From assembly GCA_009698045.1 (NCBI GenBank), contig WLRE01000001.1:1-39457 (forward strand): a stretch of DNA of 39,457 bases, written 5' to 3'. Shown piece by piece: positions 10,105-21,000 of this stretch (position 1 is its first letter; every line of letters starts with the position of its first letter). Position numbers and translations under genes: made by a program. Source of the DNA: Actinomycetota bacterium (GTDB lineage: Bacteria; Actinomycetota; Actinomycetes; Nanopelagicales; Nanopelagicaceae). Under the pieces are notes generated by a model, which ran no database searches, was not told the DNA's origin, and saw only the letters and a list, made by a program, of their open reading frames with translations.

Positions 10105-11327
10105 TGCGAAGCAGACTTATTGCAACCAAGAGCGCATCAGCAAAGTATGTGCACTTTCTCTCTAAGCCGGAATCTAGTTATTTCCTCATTATGACAACGG
10201 TCGGCCTACTTTCTGGTCTCGGAATTGTCATGGTGCTCTCTTCATCAGCCGTGCGATCTTTTGCTCAAAATGGATCGACTTATGCAATCTTTATCAAGCA
10301 ATTGGGTTTTATGGTTACCGGCCTTGGTCTTGCCTATATTGGAATGAGAATGCGCCCCGCTCTGTGGGGAAAGTTGGCCAGAAGAGGTATTCAACTTGGT
10401 GCATTCGCTCTACTTTTACCTCTCATTCCAGGATTACAGAGATCTGTGAATGGAAACTCAAACTGGATTGGTGTCGGACCGGTCACGATTCAGCCAAGTG
10501 AGTTTGCCAAGCTCGCACTAATACTTTGGTGTGCACTTCAATTAAAACGGTATTTTGAAGGCAAAAATGCAGCAACAGGTATCCAATCACATCCGGCATA
10601 TTCAGTCGCCGGTGGTGCTGCAATTATTCTTGCACTAATTCTTGCCGAGAAAGACTTAGGAACTGCAACTGTCGTTGCGGGAATCGTGATCGGCATGTTA
10701 TTTGTTGCAGGAATTAGTTACTTCCATATTGGTATCGCTGGTGCAATCGCCGCAGTGGTAGGGGGAGCCCTCACCATCACTAATGAAAATCGCTTAAGTA
10801 GATTCAAAGCGATTGGCAATCCGTTTGATCCTGCCATCTATAAATTTGCTGGTTGGCAGCCCGCTCATGGCTTAATGGGATTAGCCAGCGGTGGATTCTT
10901 CGGGGTTGGAATCGGCGCTAGTCGCCAAAAGTGGGCAAACCTTGCAGAAGCTCATACCGATTTTATCTTCTCAGTTATTGGAGAAGAGATGGGCTTGCTT
11001 GGTACGGTTCTAGTTGTCCTCACTTATGGAACATTGGTGTATGCAATCTTTAGAATTGCTATTAACGCTAAAGATCTTTTTGAGAAATTCGCTGTTGCAG
11101 GAGTCGCTTGTTGGATCGTGCTTCAAGTGCTCATCAATCTCTTTACCAATGTGGGAATAGTTCCAGTTATCGGAGTCACGCTTCCATTCATATCGTACGG
11201 AGGCTCTTCATTATGGGCGTCCTATTTAGGTATCGCCTTCGTTCTCAATGTGGCGCGCAGAGATCCAGCAGTTAAGGCCGCGCTCTCGCGCAATAAGAAA
11301 GAGAAGCGAAGTGCTAAAAGTGAGTAA
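10101..11327 (+). CDS. ftsW: Peptidoglycan glycosyltransferase FtsW (SEDS)
   Basis: IQPSEFAK, DLGT, AHTDFIFS, GVTLPFISYGGSS. Confidence 0.95.
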   Translation: MMRSRLIATKSASAKYVHFLSKPESSYFLIMTTVGLLSGLGIVMVLSSSAVRSFAQNGSTYAIFIKQLGFMVTGLGLAYIGMRMRPALWGKLARRGIQLGAFALLLPLIPGLQRSVNGNSNWIGVGPVTIQPSEFAKLALILWCALQLKRYFEGKNAATGIQSHPAYSVAGGAAIILALILAEKDLGTATVVAGIVIGMLFVAGISYFHIGIAGAIAAVVGGALTITNENRLSRFKAIGNPFDPAIYKFAGWQPAHGLMGLASGGFFGVGIGASRQKWANLAEAHTDFIFSVIGEEMGLLGTVLVVLTYGTLVYAIFRIAINAKDLFEKFAVAGVACWIVLQVLINLFTNVGIVPVIGVTLPFISYGGSSLWASYLGIAFVLNVARRDPAVKAALSRNKKEKRSAKSE

Positions 11328-12453
11328 CCAAGAAGCTTTAGCCGGCGCGAGGCGAGTTGTTTTGGTGGGAGGCGGCACAGCTGGTCACGTAGAGCCCGCC
11401 CTTGCCGTAGGAAATTGGTTGCGCACACAGGATTCGTCGCTTGCCTTTGATTTCATTGGGACCAAATCTGGAATAGAAAACGAACTCGTTCCGGCTGCAG
11501 GATTTAACTTACGCTGCATTACGAAAGTTCCATTACCGCGAAGGCTAAATATCTCTGCGATCACCTTTCCATTTAGATTTATATTGAGTCTCTTCCAAGC
11601 CTTGAGAATTGTCCGAGGGGCGAGCGTAATTATCGGATTCGGAGGGTATGTGAGCGCTTCTGCCTACGTCGCAGGAAAAATGACTGGCGTTCCCATCGTT
11701 ATTCACGAAGCAAACGCACTTCCGGGATGGAGTAACCGACTTGGAGCGCGACTAGCTGCTCGCGTGGCAGTTGCCTTCCCTTCCGTTCCCCAGAAATTTC
11801 CGAAATGGAAAATGGCGAGCGTTGTAGGTATGCCGATTCGCAGGAACATCAGTGAATTAGCAAAGCTATCGGAGCCCGCCCTTAACGCTAAGCGAACTGA
11901 GATTCTCCAATCCCTCGGGTTTACTGCAGAGCTTCCAGTCGTTCTGGTTTTTGGTGGCTCCCAAGGATCATTGGCTTTGAATTCAGCAATTCAAGAATTC
12001 GCACGATCCATCGAGGCCAACAAGATTCAATTTATTCATGCGGTTGGTATGAAAAACTCGCTACCCGTTGCGACTACTAATTATCGCCCACTCTCTTATA
12101 TCTACGAGATGGCAGATATGTATCTTGCAGCTGATTTAATCATCTCTCGCTCTGGCGCAGTCACCTGTGCCGAGATCGAAGAAGTACATAAGTTTGCAGT
12201 TCTTGTCCCACTCGCTATTGGCAACGGTGAGCAAGTAGCCAATGCGCAGCATCTGGTCGAGGATGGCGCAGCATTAATATGTACAAGTCAAGATTTTGGA
12301 TTAGATTGGTTGAAGAAGAATCTGGTATCTACTCTTGATTCGGCATACCGCTTCAATGCAACACCACGAAAAATGGTCTCAGAAAGTGCTGATCAGCTCC
12401 TGGGCGAGATGGCACTAGCGCTAATGAAAAATGGACTTAAGGGGGAGAGATGA
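11320..12453 (+). CDS. murG: Undecaprenyl-PP-MurNAc-pentapeptide GlcNAc transferase MurG
   Basis: GGGTAGHVEP, GFGGYVS, HEAN, GGSQG; start likely GTG 11320 (alternative 11311). Confidence 0.95.
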   Translation: MSNQEALAGARRVVLVGGGTAGHVEPALAVGNWLRTQDSSLAFDFIGTKSGIENELVPAAGFNLRCITKVPLPRRLNISAITFPFRFILSLFQALRIVRGASVIIGFGGYVSASAYVAGKMTGVPIVIHEANALPGWSNRLGARLAARVAVAFPSVPQKFPKWKMASVVGMPIRRNISELAKLSEPALNAKRTEILQSLGFTAELPVVLVFGGSQGSLALNSAIQEFARSIEANKIQFIHAVGMKNSLPVATTNYRPLSYIYEMADMYLAADLIISRSGAVTCAEIEEVHKFAVLVPLAIGNGEQVANAQHLVEDGAALICTSQDFGLDWLKKNLVSTLDSAYRFNATPRKMVSESADQLLGEMALALMKNGLKGER

Positions 12454-13847
12454 AGCTAAGTCTCCCTGAATTACGAACTAAAACGGTGCACTTCATCGGC
12501 ATTGGTGGTGCCGGCATGAGCGGCATTGCCAGAATTATGCTTTCGCAAGGAATTACCGTTTCAGGCTCTGATGCCAAAGATTCGCCGGTACTTGCTGGAC
12601 TCGCATCGCTTGGCGCTAAAACCTTTGTTGGTCACGCCGCAATGAATTTAGGCTCGAGTGAAGTTCTTGTTGTATCTAGTGCCATCGATATTGGAAACCC
12701 TGAATTAATAGCAGCGCAAGCCAAGAAGTTGATTATTTTAGGTCGAGCAGAAGCGCTTGCACTTTTGATGAGCGAATCGACATCTATCGCAATAGCTGGA
12801 ACTCATGGAAAGACCACCACCACCTCGATGCTCACCGTGGCGCTGCAGAGTGCTGGCATGGATCCATCATTTGCAATCGGTGGAATGATAAATAGTGCTG
12901 GAACAAATGCCCACTCAGGCACCGGAAAAGTCTTTGTGGCCGAAGCCGATGAGTCCGACGGTTCGTTTGTTGCCTATCAACCAGTGGGTGCGATTGTCAC
13001 CAATATTGAGTGGGACCACGTCGATCACTTCCCTGATTACGATTCAGTTCTCCAGGCATTTCAGGAATTTGTAAATTCAATTCAGCCAGCGGGCTTCCTT
13101 GTGGCATGTACCGATAGCCCGGGTGTGCAGCAATTGCTCGCCTCGATCGCCCGTACAGATATTCGCATCATTACTTATGGTGCGCAGGGAGAGTACTCCT
13201 TCGCTCAACTCTCGCTCGGAGCACAAGAAAGCAAAGCTCGAATAACTCGCAATGGTCGGGTATTGGGGGAGCTCGCTCTTCCTGTTCCTGGTGAACATAA
13301 TGTTATGAACGCACTTGCCACTATTGCTGCTGGGGTTGAAGTAGGCGCGCCCGTCGCATCTTTATTTGAAGGACTGAGTAATTTCTCCGGCGCACGTCGC
13401 CGATTTGAACTTAAAGGTATGGCGCATGGAATTCGAGTTATCGATGATTATGGTCACCATCCCACAGAGGTGATGGTTACCCTCACCGCCGCTCGTCGAT
13501 ATGCCGGAACCGGAAAAGTTATTGCAATATTCCAACCCCATCGTTACTCACGAACTCAGGCATTCACGCAAGAATTTGCCCAGACCTTGTCCCTAGCCGA
13601 TAAAGTATTTCTTCTTGAAGTTTATCCGGCGGGAGAAGCTTCAATTCCAGGAGTAAGCGCACTCAATATCGCTCAACTGATGGATTCTCACGTTGCAGTA
13701 TTTCAGCCATCCATGATTGAAGTTGTTGAGCAAATTCTCGAATTAGCAAAACCTGGTGATGTGATATTTACCCTTGGTGCAGGAGACGTTAACTCTTTAG
13801 CGCCGGTAATCCTGACATCGCTTGCTGAGAAATATCCACAAGAATAG
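12450..13847 (+). CDS. murC: UDP-MurNAc:L-Ala ligase MurC
   Basis: HFIGIGGAGMSG, AGTHGKTTT, EADESD, DDYGHHPTE, FQPHRYSRT. Confidence 0.97.
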   Translation: MKLSLPELRTKTVHFIGIGGAGMSGIARIMLSQGITVSGSDAKDSPVLAGLASLGAKTFVGHAAMNLGSSEVLVVSSAIDIGNPELIAAQAKKLIILGRAEALALLMSESTSIAIAGTHGKTTTTSMLTVALQSAGMDPSFAIGGMINSAGTNAHSGTGKVFVAEADESDGSFVAYQPVGAIVTNIEWDHVDHFPDYDSVLQAFQEFVNSIQPAGFLVACTDSPGVQQLLASIARTDIRIITYGAQGEYSFAQLSLGAQESKARITRNGRVLGELALPVPGEHNVMNALATIAAGVEVGAPVASLFEGLSNFSGARRRFELKGMAHGIRVIDDYGHHPTEVMVTLTAARRYAGTGKVIAIFQPHRYSRTQAFTQEFAQTLSLADKVFLLEVYPAGEASIPGVSALNIAQLMDSHVAVFQPSMIEVVEQILELAKPGDVIFTLGAGDVNSLAPVILTSLAEKYPQE

Positions 13848-14578
13848 TGGCGATACATAAGAAGAGGTTCTTTCGATTCCTCCGAACCATTGGTCTGATT
13901 GCACTTGTAGTGGGTTCGGTCTACGGCTTAGGTTGGTCCAACTTAATTTCTGTAAAGAGCATTGCATATTCTGGAACCTCACATGCAGCAGTGCTAGAGA
14001 GCGCCTTACAGAGCAAGGGAGTCGCTCTTGAAATAGGAATGCCACTTGCGCGAGTTGATGTACGAGCTATTGGAAGAATTGCCGAAGAAGTAGGGTGGAT
14101 CGCAGATAGTAAAATCTCACGTAATTGGTGGAATGGCAAAGTTGGAATTGCTATTTCCGAGAGAATTCCGGTCGCAGCATTCGCCGATGTAAATGGCTCA
14201 CTCAAGTACTTCGATGCACAAGGAACTTTCTTCTCCTCACCAGGTGAATATGCAGCCAATGGCGAAGTGAAGCCACTACCCATCATCACTTTTTCAGCCA
14301 ACTCCGCCGAGGCTCGCAAAGCGGCCGCCGAATGGGTCGCATCCATGCCGACCCAATATCTCGCGACGATGACTTCAATCTGGGTCAATAATCCCGAGCG
14401 CATCGTAATGAAGGCAGTCGATCCGGCACTTGCAAACAAAACAATTACCGTCATTTGGGGCGGGGTTCGAGATATGCCCCTCAAAGTCAAAGTATTACGG
14501 GCACTTCTGCTTCGGCCAGAAAATAAAACACATCATCTCTTCGATCTTTCGGCTCCGTTAGCTCCAATAACTCGCTAA
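13847..14578 (+). CDS. ftsQ: Cell division protein FtsQ/DivIB
   Basis: Basic N-tail, TM, POTRA-like segment, ERIPVA and DLSAPLAP; lies between murC and ftsZ. Confidence 0.85.
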   Translation: MAIHKKRFFRFLRTIGLIALVVGSVYGLGWSNLISVKSIAYSGTSHAAVLESALQSKGVALEIGMPLARVDVRAIGRIAEEVGWIADSKISRNWWNGKVGIAISERIPVAAFADVNGSLKYFDAQGTFFSSPGEYAANGEVKPLPIITFSANSAEARKAAAEWVASMPTQYLATMTSIWVNNPERIVMKAVDPALANKTITVIWGGVRDMPLKVKVLRALLLRPENKTHHLFDLSAPLAPITR

Positions 14579-14681
14579 AGAATTTCACTTAATTCTTTCG
14601 ATTTATATCAGCAGAGTTAATCGTGTCGGTAATTGCTTCTCCCTACTGCAACGCATAGTTTTGCGAACCACAGAGCATTAA

Positions 14682-14709
14682 ACCTTAACTCTCAAGTTGA
14701 GATTTAGGT
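14682..14709. promoter_or_regulatory. Dyad operator upstream of ftsZ (TCTCAA-G-TTGAGA core)
   Basis: Perfect 13-bp dyad at 14690-14702 with imperfect ACCTTAA/TTTAGGT flanks; candidate -10 CATAGT at 14654-14659. Confidence 0.55.
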
Positions 14710-14727
14710 ACAAGGAAGAGGCAGATC

Positions 14728-15873
14728 GTGGCAACACCACAGAACTACTTAGCAGTTATCAAAGTTGTCGGCGTTGGCGGCGGCGGAGTTAATGCAATCA
14801 ATCGAATGATTGAAGCAGGTCTAAAAGGTGTGGAGTTCATCGCGATTAATACTGACTCACAACAACTCATCATGAGTGATGCTGATGTGAAATTAGATAT
14901 TGGCAAAAAGGTTACACGTGGACTTGGTGCAGGTGCAGCGCCCGAGATTGGTCGACAAGCAGCCGAAGATTCCGCTGATGAGATTGAAGAACTTCTCCGC
15001 GGCGCGGATATGGTTTTTGTAACTGCAGGCGAAGGTGGCGGAACCGGAACTGGTGGCGCTCCAATCGTTGCAAAGATTGCAATGGATTTAGGTGCTCTTA
15101 CCGTTGGTGTTGTTACTCGACCATTCTCTTTTGAAGGTAAGCGTAGAACTTCACAGGCCGAGATTGGAATCGAAGCGCTCCGTGAAGTAGTCGACACATT
15201 AATTGTGATTCCAAATGATCGCTTGCTTGCAATTTCGGATCGCTCTATTAGTCAGATTGAAGCATTTAAGAGTGCAGATGCAGTTCTTCTTTCAGGAGTG
15301 CAGGGAATTACCGATCTCATCACTACCCCTGGCCTTATAAATCTAGACTTCGCTGATGTAAAGAGTGTCATGGTTGGCGCAGGTTCGGCTTTAATGGGAA
15401 TTGGTTCCGCTCGAGGTGAGGCCCGCGCTACCCGCGCTGCAGAACTTGCAATCTCAAGTCCCTTGCTTGAAGCATCCATAGATGGAGCGCATGGCGTCCT
15501 GCTCTCTATTGCTGGAGGTTCTGATATTGGACTCTTTGAAATTAGCGAAGCAGCAGAACTCGTTCATCAGTCCGTGCACCCAGATGCAAATATCATCGTA
15601 GGCACGGTTATCGACGATGCGCTTGGTGATGAAGTACGTGTAACCGTTATTGCAGCTGGCTTTGATGGTGGTGCACCAAAGAGAGTTCCGGTACCTGTCA
15701 TTAACGCTGCGAGTTTAAGTGGCAATGCAAATGCGGTAGCAGCCGATGACCCACTTTCAGTCGCGTTAGATATTCCATCTACAGATGCACCAGCAGCTCC
15801 AGGTCGCAAGCGAATTACCTTCGAAGAACTTGTCATTGAGGATGAGATAGATATTCCTGATTTCATGAAGTAG
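14728..15873 (+). CDS. ftsZ: Cell division protein FtsZ
   Basis: GVGGGG, GGGTGTG, INLDFAD, C-terminal DIPDFMK. Confidence 0.99.
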   Translation: MATPQNYLAVIKVVGVGGGGVNAINRMIEAGLKGVEFIAINTDSQQLIMSDADVKLDIGKKVTRGLGAGAAPEIGRQAAEDSADEIEELLRGADMVFVTAGEGGGTGTGGAPIVAKIAMDLGALTVGVVTRPFSFEGKRRTSQAEIGIEALREVVDTLIVIPNDRLLAISDRSISQIEAFKSADAVLLSGVQGITDLITTPGLINLDFADVKSVMVGAGSALMGIGSARGEARATRAAELAISSPLLEASIDGAHGVLLSIAGGSDIGLFEISEAAELVHQSVHPDANIIVGTVIDDALGDEVRVTVIAAGFDGGAPKRVPVPVINAASLSGNANAVAADDPLSVALDIPSTDAPAAPGRKRITFEELVIEDEIDIPDFMK

Positions 15874-15879
15874 TCCAAG

Positions 15880-16545
15880 ATGGCGAAATTTCTCTTCTCC
15901 TCTAAGTTCGGAGGAGTTTCTGCTGGGGATTTTGCAGAACTCAATCTGGGAAATCATGTTGGCGACTTGCCAGATGCTGTCCTCAAAAACCGCACTCAAT
16001 TGCGTTCGTATCTCGCGCTCCAACATTTGGTGTTCATGAATCAGAGCCATGGCAGCGAGATATTTACGGTCGAGAAGAACTATCCAGATCAAATCGATGC
16101 AGATGCACTCATTACTTCTGACCCATCTATAGGTATAGCCGTACTCACCGCCGATTGCATTCCACTTCTTATTGATGCTGGCAATTGTGTTGCCGCAGTA
16201 CATGTAGGACGTAAAGGTCTGGCCGGCGGGATTATTCCCCGAGTCTTGGAGGCGCTAATTAATAAAGGCGGCTCTCAGATGAAAGCATGGATAGGCCCCG
16301 CCATCTGTGGTAAATGTTATGAAGTCTCGCCAGAAATCTACGCCGATGTTGTGCGAGAAATTCCCGAAACCGCAACTTCATTAGAATCTCATCGCTTGGA
16401 TTTACCGGCAGGAGCTATAGCGCAGTTGCGCGAATACGGAGTGGCAACAGAGAATTTTCACCGTTGCACTTTGGAGAGTCCTCAGTATTACTCGTATCGA
16501 GGACAGGCTAGGACTGGGAGATTTGCTGGGGTAATCTCATTATGA
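15880..16545 (+). CDS. pgeF: Peptidoglycan editing factor PgeF (YfiH family)
   Basis: NLGNHVGD, TADCIP, IGPAICGKCYEV, YSYR. Confidence 0.92.
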   Translation: MAKFLFSSKFGGVSAGDFAELNLGNHVGDLPDAVLKNRTQLRSYLALQHLVFMNQSHGSEIFTVEKNYPDQIDADALITSDPSIGIAVLTADCIPLLIDAGNCVAAVHVGRKGLAGGIIPRVLEALINKGGSQMKAWIGPAICGKCYEVSPEIYADVVREIPETATSLESHRLDLPAGAIAQLREYGVATENFHRCTLESPQYYSYRGQARTGRFAGVISL

Positions 16546-17228
16546 GCTCGCGAAAGGCCGAACTCCACGCAAATTTAGTTAGCGTGCAGGAGCGAGTTGC
16601 TTCAACTGCCCTGGCTGTTGGTCGCAACGTTGATGAGATCACACTTGTAGTAGTCACTAAGACTTTCCCGATCGAAGATATTGAGATCCTCTACGAACTA
16701 GGTGTTCGAAATTTTGGAGAAAATCGAGATCAAGAAGGTTCCGTGAAAGCTCCTGCAATGCCTGCAGATTGTGTGTGGCATTTTCAGGGTCAGATTCAGA
16801 GTAATAAACTCAAGTCCATCTGCGAATGGGCAGATGTGATTCATTCACTCGATAGCGCTAAACATGCTCAGAAGATTGCTGAACTTGGCACCAACGCACG
16901 GATTTTGGTCCAAGTCGCACTAGAGACCAAATTTCGAGAAGGGCGCGGGGGAGTGGATCCAGATCTGCTCGCCGAGTTCTTAGAGGATGTGATTACTCGC
17001 AAGAGGTTGAATGTCGCAGGGCTCATGGCCGTTGCCCCACTTGATGAAGCTCCCGAACCTGCCTTCGCTCGCTTGGCAGAACTATCGGCTAAATCCCGAA
17101 GCACCTGGCCACAACTCTCGACAATCTCTGCCGGAATGAGTGGGGATTTTGAAGCGGCGATTTCACAGGGTGCGACACTTGTCCGGGTTGGAAGCTCAAT
17201 CCTCGGACATCGCGCGCCTCTGCTTTAA
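16542..17228 (+). CDS. yggS: PLP homeostasis protein YggS
   Basis: VVTK, FGENR, WHFQGQIQSNK, SAGMSGD, VRVGS. Confidence 0.94.
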   Translation: MSSRKAELHANLVSVQERVASTALAVGRNVDEITLVVVTKTFPIEDIEILYELGVRNFGENRDQEGSVKAPAMPADCVWHFQGQIQSNKLKSICEWADVIHSLDSAKHAQKIAELGTNARILVQVALETKFREGRGGVDPDLLAEFLEDVITRKRLNVAGLMAVAPLDEAPEPAFARLAELSAKSRSTWPQLSTISAGMSGDFEAAISQGATLVRVGSSILGHRAPLL

Positions 17229-17231
17229 GAT
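17226..17231 (+). promoter_or_regulatory. Putative -10 box (TAAGAT) for leaderless sepF
   Basis: TANNNT 6 nt before ATG 17238; no SD. Confidence 0.5.
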
Positions 17232-17237
17232 TTACGC

Positions 17238-17759
17238 ATGGCTAAAGCATTTAAGAAGATGGCAAATTATCTCGGTCTAGTCGACGATGAAGATTTTGAG
17301 AGTGAAGTTAAAGAGGAAGTTGCCGAAGCGCCACGTCGTGGTTTCCGCTCCCTCTCTTCTGGCACATCATCGGAATCACTTCCTTCTTATATGCGTCCAG
17401 CAAACCCAACTTCCGCTGGAGTAACCCCAGTAGCTTCTTCAATTTCGCGGCCCGCAACTGCTGCTCCTACGACAACATCAATGGATCGCATCATCACTAT
17501 TCATCCACGCATCTACAGTGATGTGCGCAGTATTGGTGAGGCCTATCGCAATGGCCAACCAGTCATCATGAATCTCAGTGAAGTTGATGAATCAGAGTGC
17601 AAGCGTTTAGTCGACTTCGCGTCAGGATTGGTCTTCGGGCATTACGGCGCTATAAAGCGCATCACCTCAAAAGTTTTCTTGTTGACTCCAGCAAATGTCG
17701 CCGTGAATCACGATGACAAGTCAGCCGCTGATCAGTCAACATTCTTCAACCAGAGCTGA
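17238..17759 (+). CDS. sepF: Cell division protein SepF
   Basis: KKMANYLGL amphipathic N-terminus; PVIMNL and KRLVDFASGL. Confidence 0.95.
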   Translation: MAKAFKKMANYLGLVDDEDFESEVKEEVAEAPRRGFRSLSSGTSSESLPSYMRPANPTSAGVTPVASSISRPATAAPTTTSMDRIITIHPRIYSDVRSIGEAYRNGQPVIMNLSEVDESECKRLVDFASGLVFGHYGAIKRITSKVFLLTPANVAVNHDDKSAADQSTFFNQS

Positions 17760-17765
17760 TTATTT

Positions 17766-18053
17766 ATGCCAAGTATTGGCGGGTTACTCAACTCCCTGAT
17801 TCAATTATTTCTTCTAGCGCTCTTTGCTCGAGTTATCTTGGATTACGCCCGAATCTTTGCACCTCAATGGCGACCTCGGGGCATCGTGTTAGCTTTTGCA
17901 GAATTCATATTCTCCATTACCGACCCAATTATGAAATTTGCTCGGCGATATATTCCACCATTGAGATTAGGACCGGTAGCTGTTGATCTGAGTTTTATCG
18001 TCATCCTGGTTGCTGCTCAAATTCTCGGCAAGCTCGTCCTTCTTATTCCTTAA
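17766..18053 (+). CDS. yggT: YggT (SepG/YlmG) family membrane protein
   Basis: ITDP...RRYIPPLRLG...DLSF. Confidence 0.92.
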   Translation: MPSIGGLLNSLIQLFLLALFARVILDYARIFAPQWRPRGIVLAFAEFIFSITDPIMKFARRYIPPLRLGPVAVDLSFIVILVAAQILGKLVLLIP

Positions 18054-21000
18054 GCTTTCTTTAACTCCAGCCACAAGTCGATTTCGCGTGCCTGTGATGT
18101 TGCGTCAGATGTATCGGCGACGAAGGTAAAACCAAGGGCAAGTACCTCAGCAGCAATTGCAGCTTCATTCTTATTAATCGCATCCGCAATTAAAGCTGGC
18201 GCTGACCACCGAACCTGAATTCGATCGCTGATTTCAAAGCCAGCCTGCTTGCGCTCCTCTTGAATAGCTCTTATAACCTCACGAACTAATCCGGCTTCAA
18301 TAAGTTCTGGTGTAAGTGCAAGATCTAGCGCCAGACTCTCTCCGGAGTGACTGGCCACTGACCATCCTTCTTTAGGGGTCTCGGTGATAACTAAATCCTC
18401 AAGTGAAATTTCAGCGCTCTTTTTATCCCCGTAACTCAGGGTCGCGGTGGCTGCGGTGCGCACAGTGTGCACAAGTGCAGTGGCATCGGCCGCTGCAATT
18501 GCTTGAGCGATCGGTTGGACATCACCACCATATCTAGCACCAATGCTCTTGAAATTTGCCTTGATAGAGACACTGACTAAATCTGCGCCAGCTATCGAAA
18601 TATCGTCAAGTGAGAGAACGTTGAGCTCATCAGCGACATGAGAACGAATCTCTGCATCCATCGAAGCCCAACCATTTGCCGCTACAAGTGCGCGTCCGAG
18701 CGGTTGGCGAATCTTAATTTTGGACTCGGCGCGTGCGGCCCGTCCTAGTTCAACTAGGCGACGGGAAAGTTGGACTGAATCAGAGAGTGCTTGGTCAATC
18801 TCATTCTGATGAGAAATTGGAAAATCGCCAAGGTGAACCGAGAGTTGCTCCTCTGGCTGGGCTACCCGCACAAGTTCTTGCCATACATGTTCGGTAATGA
18901 AGGGAACCATAGGAGCCATGAGAAGTGTGAGCTCTTTCAGGCAGCGATACAAAGTATGAAGCGCTGCGATATCGCCATCCCAGAATCTGCGTCTGGATCG
19001 TCGGACATACCAATTAGAGAGATCGTCAATGAACTTGGCAATTAGTCGGCCAGCATCTTGTGAGTCATAACTTGCATATGCGCTATCGACACCCGCAACG
19101 AGCGTGGCAAGTTCAGAGGTAATCCATCGATCTAATGTGGTGAGCTCTGGGGTAGTGGATTCAAGCGAGAAATCAGCAGCATGTGCGTACAAAGTAAAGA
19201 AGGAGACGGTATTCCAATAGGTGAGCAGGGTCTTGCGAACAACATCGGTAATTGCATCATGGCCGACTCGACGTGCGCTCCATGGTGAACCAGCAGCGAG
19301 CATGTACCAACGCACTGCATCTGCGCCATGTTGATCCATGAGCGCCACGGGCTCAAGGACGTTACCGAGATGTTTAGACATTTTGCGCCCATCTTTATCC
19401 AAGATGTGGCCTAAGCAGAGAACTGTTTCGTAAGAGCTCTGATCAAAGACCAGAGTTCCGATTGTCATCAAGGTGTAGAACCAGCCACGTGTCTGGTCTA
19501 TCGCTTCCGCAATAAAATCTGCTGGATATGCGTTCTTAAACTTTTCGACTGATCCCTCTTTGTGTGGGTAGCCCCATTGTGCAAACGGCATAGAGCCCGA
19601 GTCGTACCAACAATCGATAACTTCAGGAACGCGGTTCATAGTCTCTGAACATTCGGCGCAGGCAAAGGAGATGTCATCGACAAATGGACGGTGCGGATCT
19701 GTGCCCGATAGTTCCTGGCCAGAAAGTGAGCCGAGCTCTGCTAGCGAACCAATGCATATTTCATGTTTGTTGATGCAACGCCAAATCGGAAGCGGAGTTC
19801 CCCAATAACGATTTCGGGAGACAGCCCAATCAATATTGTTTGTTAGCCAGTCGCCATAGCGCCCAGTTTTGATTGTCTCTGGGTGCCAATTGGTCTTCTC
19901 GTTCTCGCGAAGGAGAGCCTCTTTGATCTGGGTGGTCTTGATGTACCAAGAAGGTTGTGCGTAATAAATCAAGACGGTGTGACAACGCCAGCAGTGTGGG
20001 TATGAGTGCTCGTACTGCGTGTGTTTAAACATTAAGCCGCGAGCTTTGAGATCTTTTATGAGCGGCTTATCTGCATCTTTAAAGAATTGTCCGCCCACCA
20101 TTCCAACTTCTGGAAGGAAGGTGCCGTCAGGCGCAACTGGATTTACGACTGGGAGGTTGTAGGACCGACAAACTTGCAGATCGTCCGCTCCAAACGCGGG
20201 CGCTTGGTGAACAAGTCCAGTTCCATCTTCAATTGTGACGTAATCTGCAAGAACAATGATGTGTGCATCAGGAATCTCAACCAAATCAAACGGCCTGGAG
20301 TAAGTGGTCTTCTCTAGCTCTGAGCCAAGCATTGTTGTAATGACTTTTCGATCTTCGCCCAGGATATGCGCAAGGTTGGCGGCCACAACAAGTCGCTCTG
20401 TTTTATCTTCAAGCGGTACTTCGATTACTTGGTATTCAACTTTTGGATTGACTGCGATCGCAGTATTTGAAACCAGCGTCCAAGGTGTTGTCGTCCATAC
20501 TAGAAGTGTTGCTCCAAGTTCTGCGAGCTTTCCGGAGGTAGCGGGGAAGCGGACATAAACAGATGGGTCAGTAACAGTCTCGTATCCCTGCGCAAGTTCG
20601 TGATCTGAAAGTCCAGTGCCACAACGCGGGCAATATGGCGCTACTCGATGGTCTTGACCCAGCAGTCCCTTCTTCCAAATTTGCTGTAGCGACCACCATA
20701 CGCTCTCAACATACTCACTTGACATCGTCCAATACGCTTCATCGAAATCGACCCAAAAGCCCATGCGGCGAGTCATTCCTGTAAATGCATCAACATGTCG
20801 CTGTACGGACTCGCGGCACTTATCGTTAAAGGCTGCTATTCCGAATTTTTCAATATCGCCCTTGCCGCTAAATCCAAGTTCTTTCTCTACTGCAATCTCT
20901 ACCGGTAATCCATGGCAATCCCAACCAGCTTTACGGATTACTTGATTGCCCTTCATTGTTTGATAGCGAGGAAAGAGGTCCTTAAATACTCGGGCTTCAA

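Noticed and set aside
13921-14490. 189-aa antisense ORF in ftsQ and the many other nested short ORFs
   Set aside because: Lie within well-supported genes; no recognisable domains or start signals
13847-14727. ftsA, ddl and murB absent from the dcw cluster
   Set aside because: Normal for Actinobacteria; SepF anchors FtsZ
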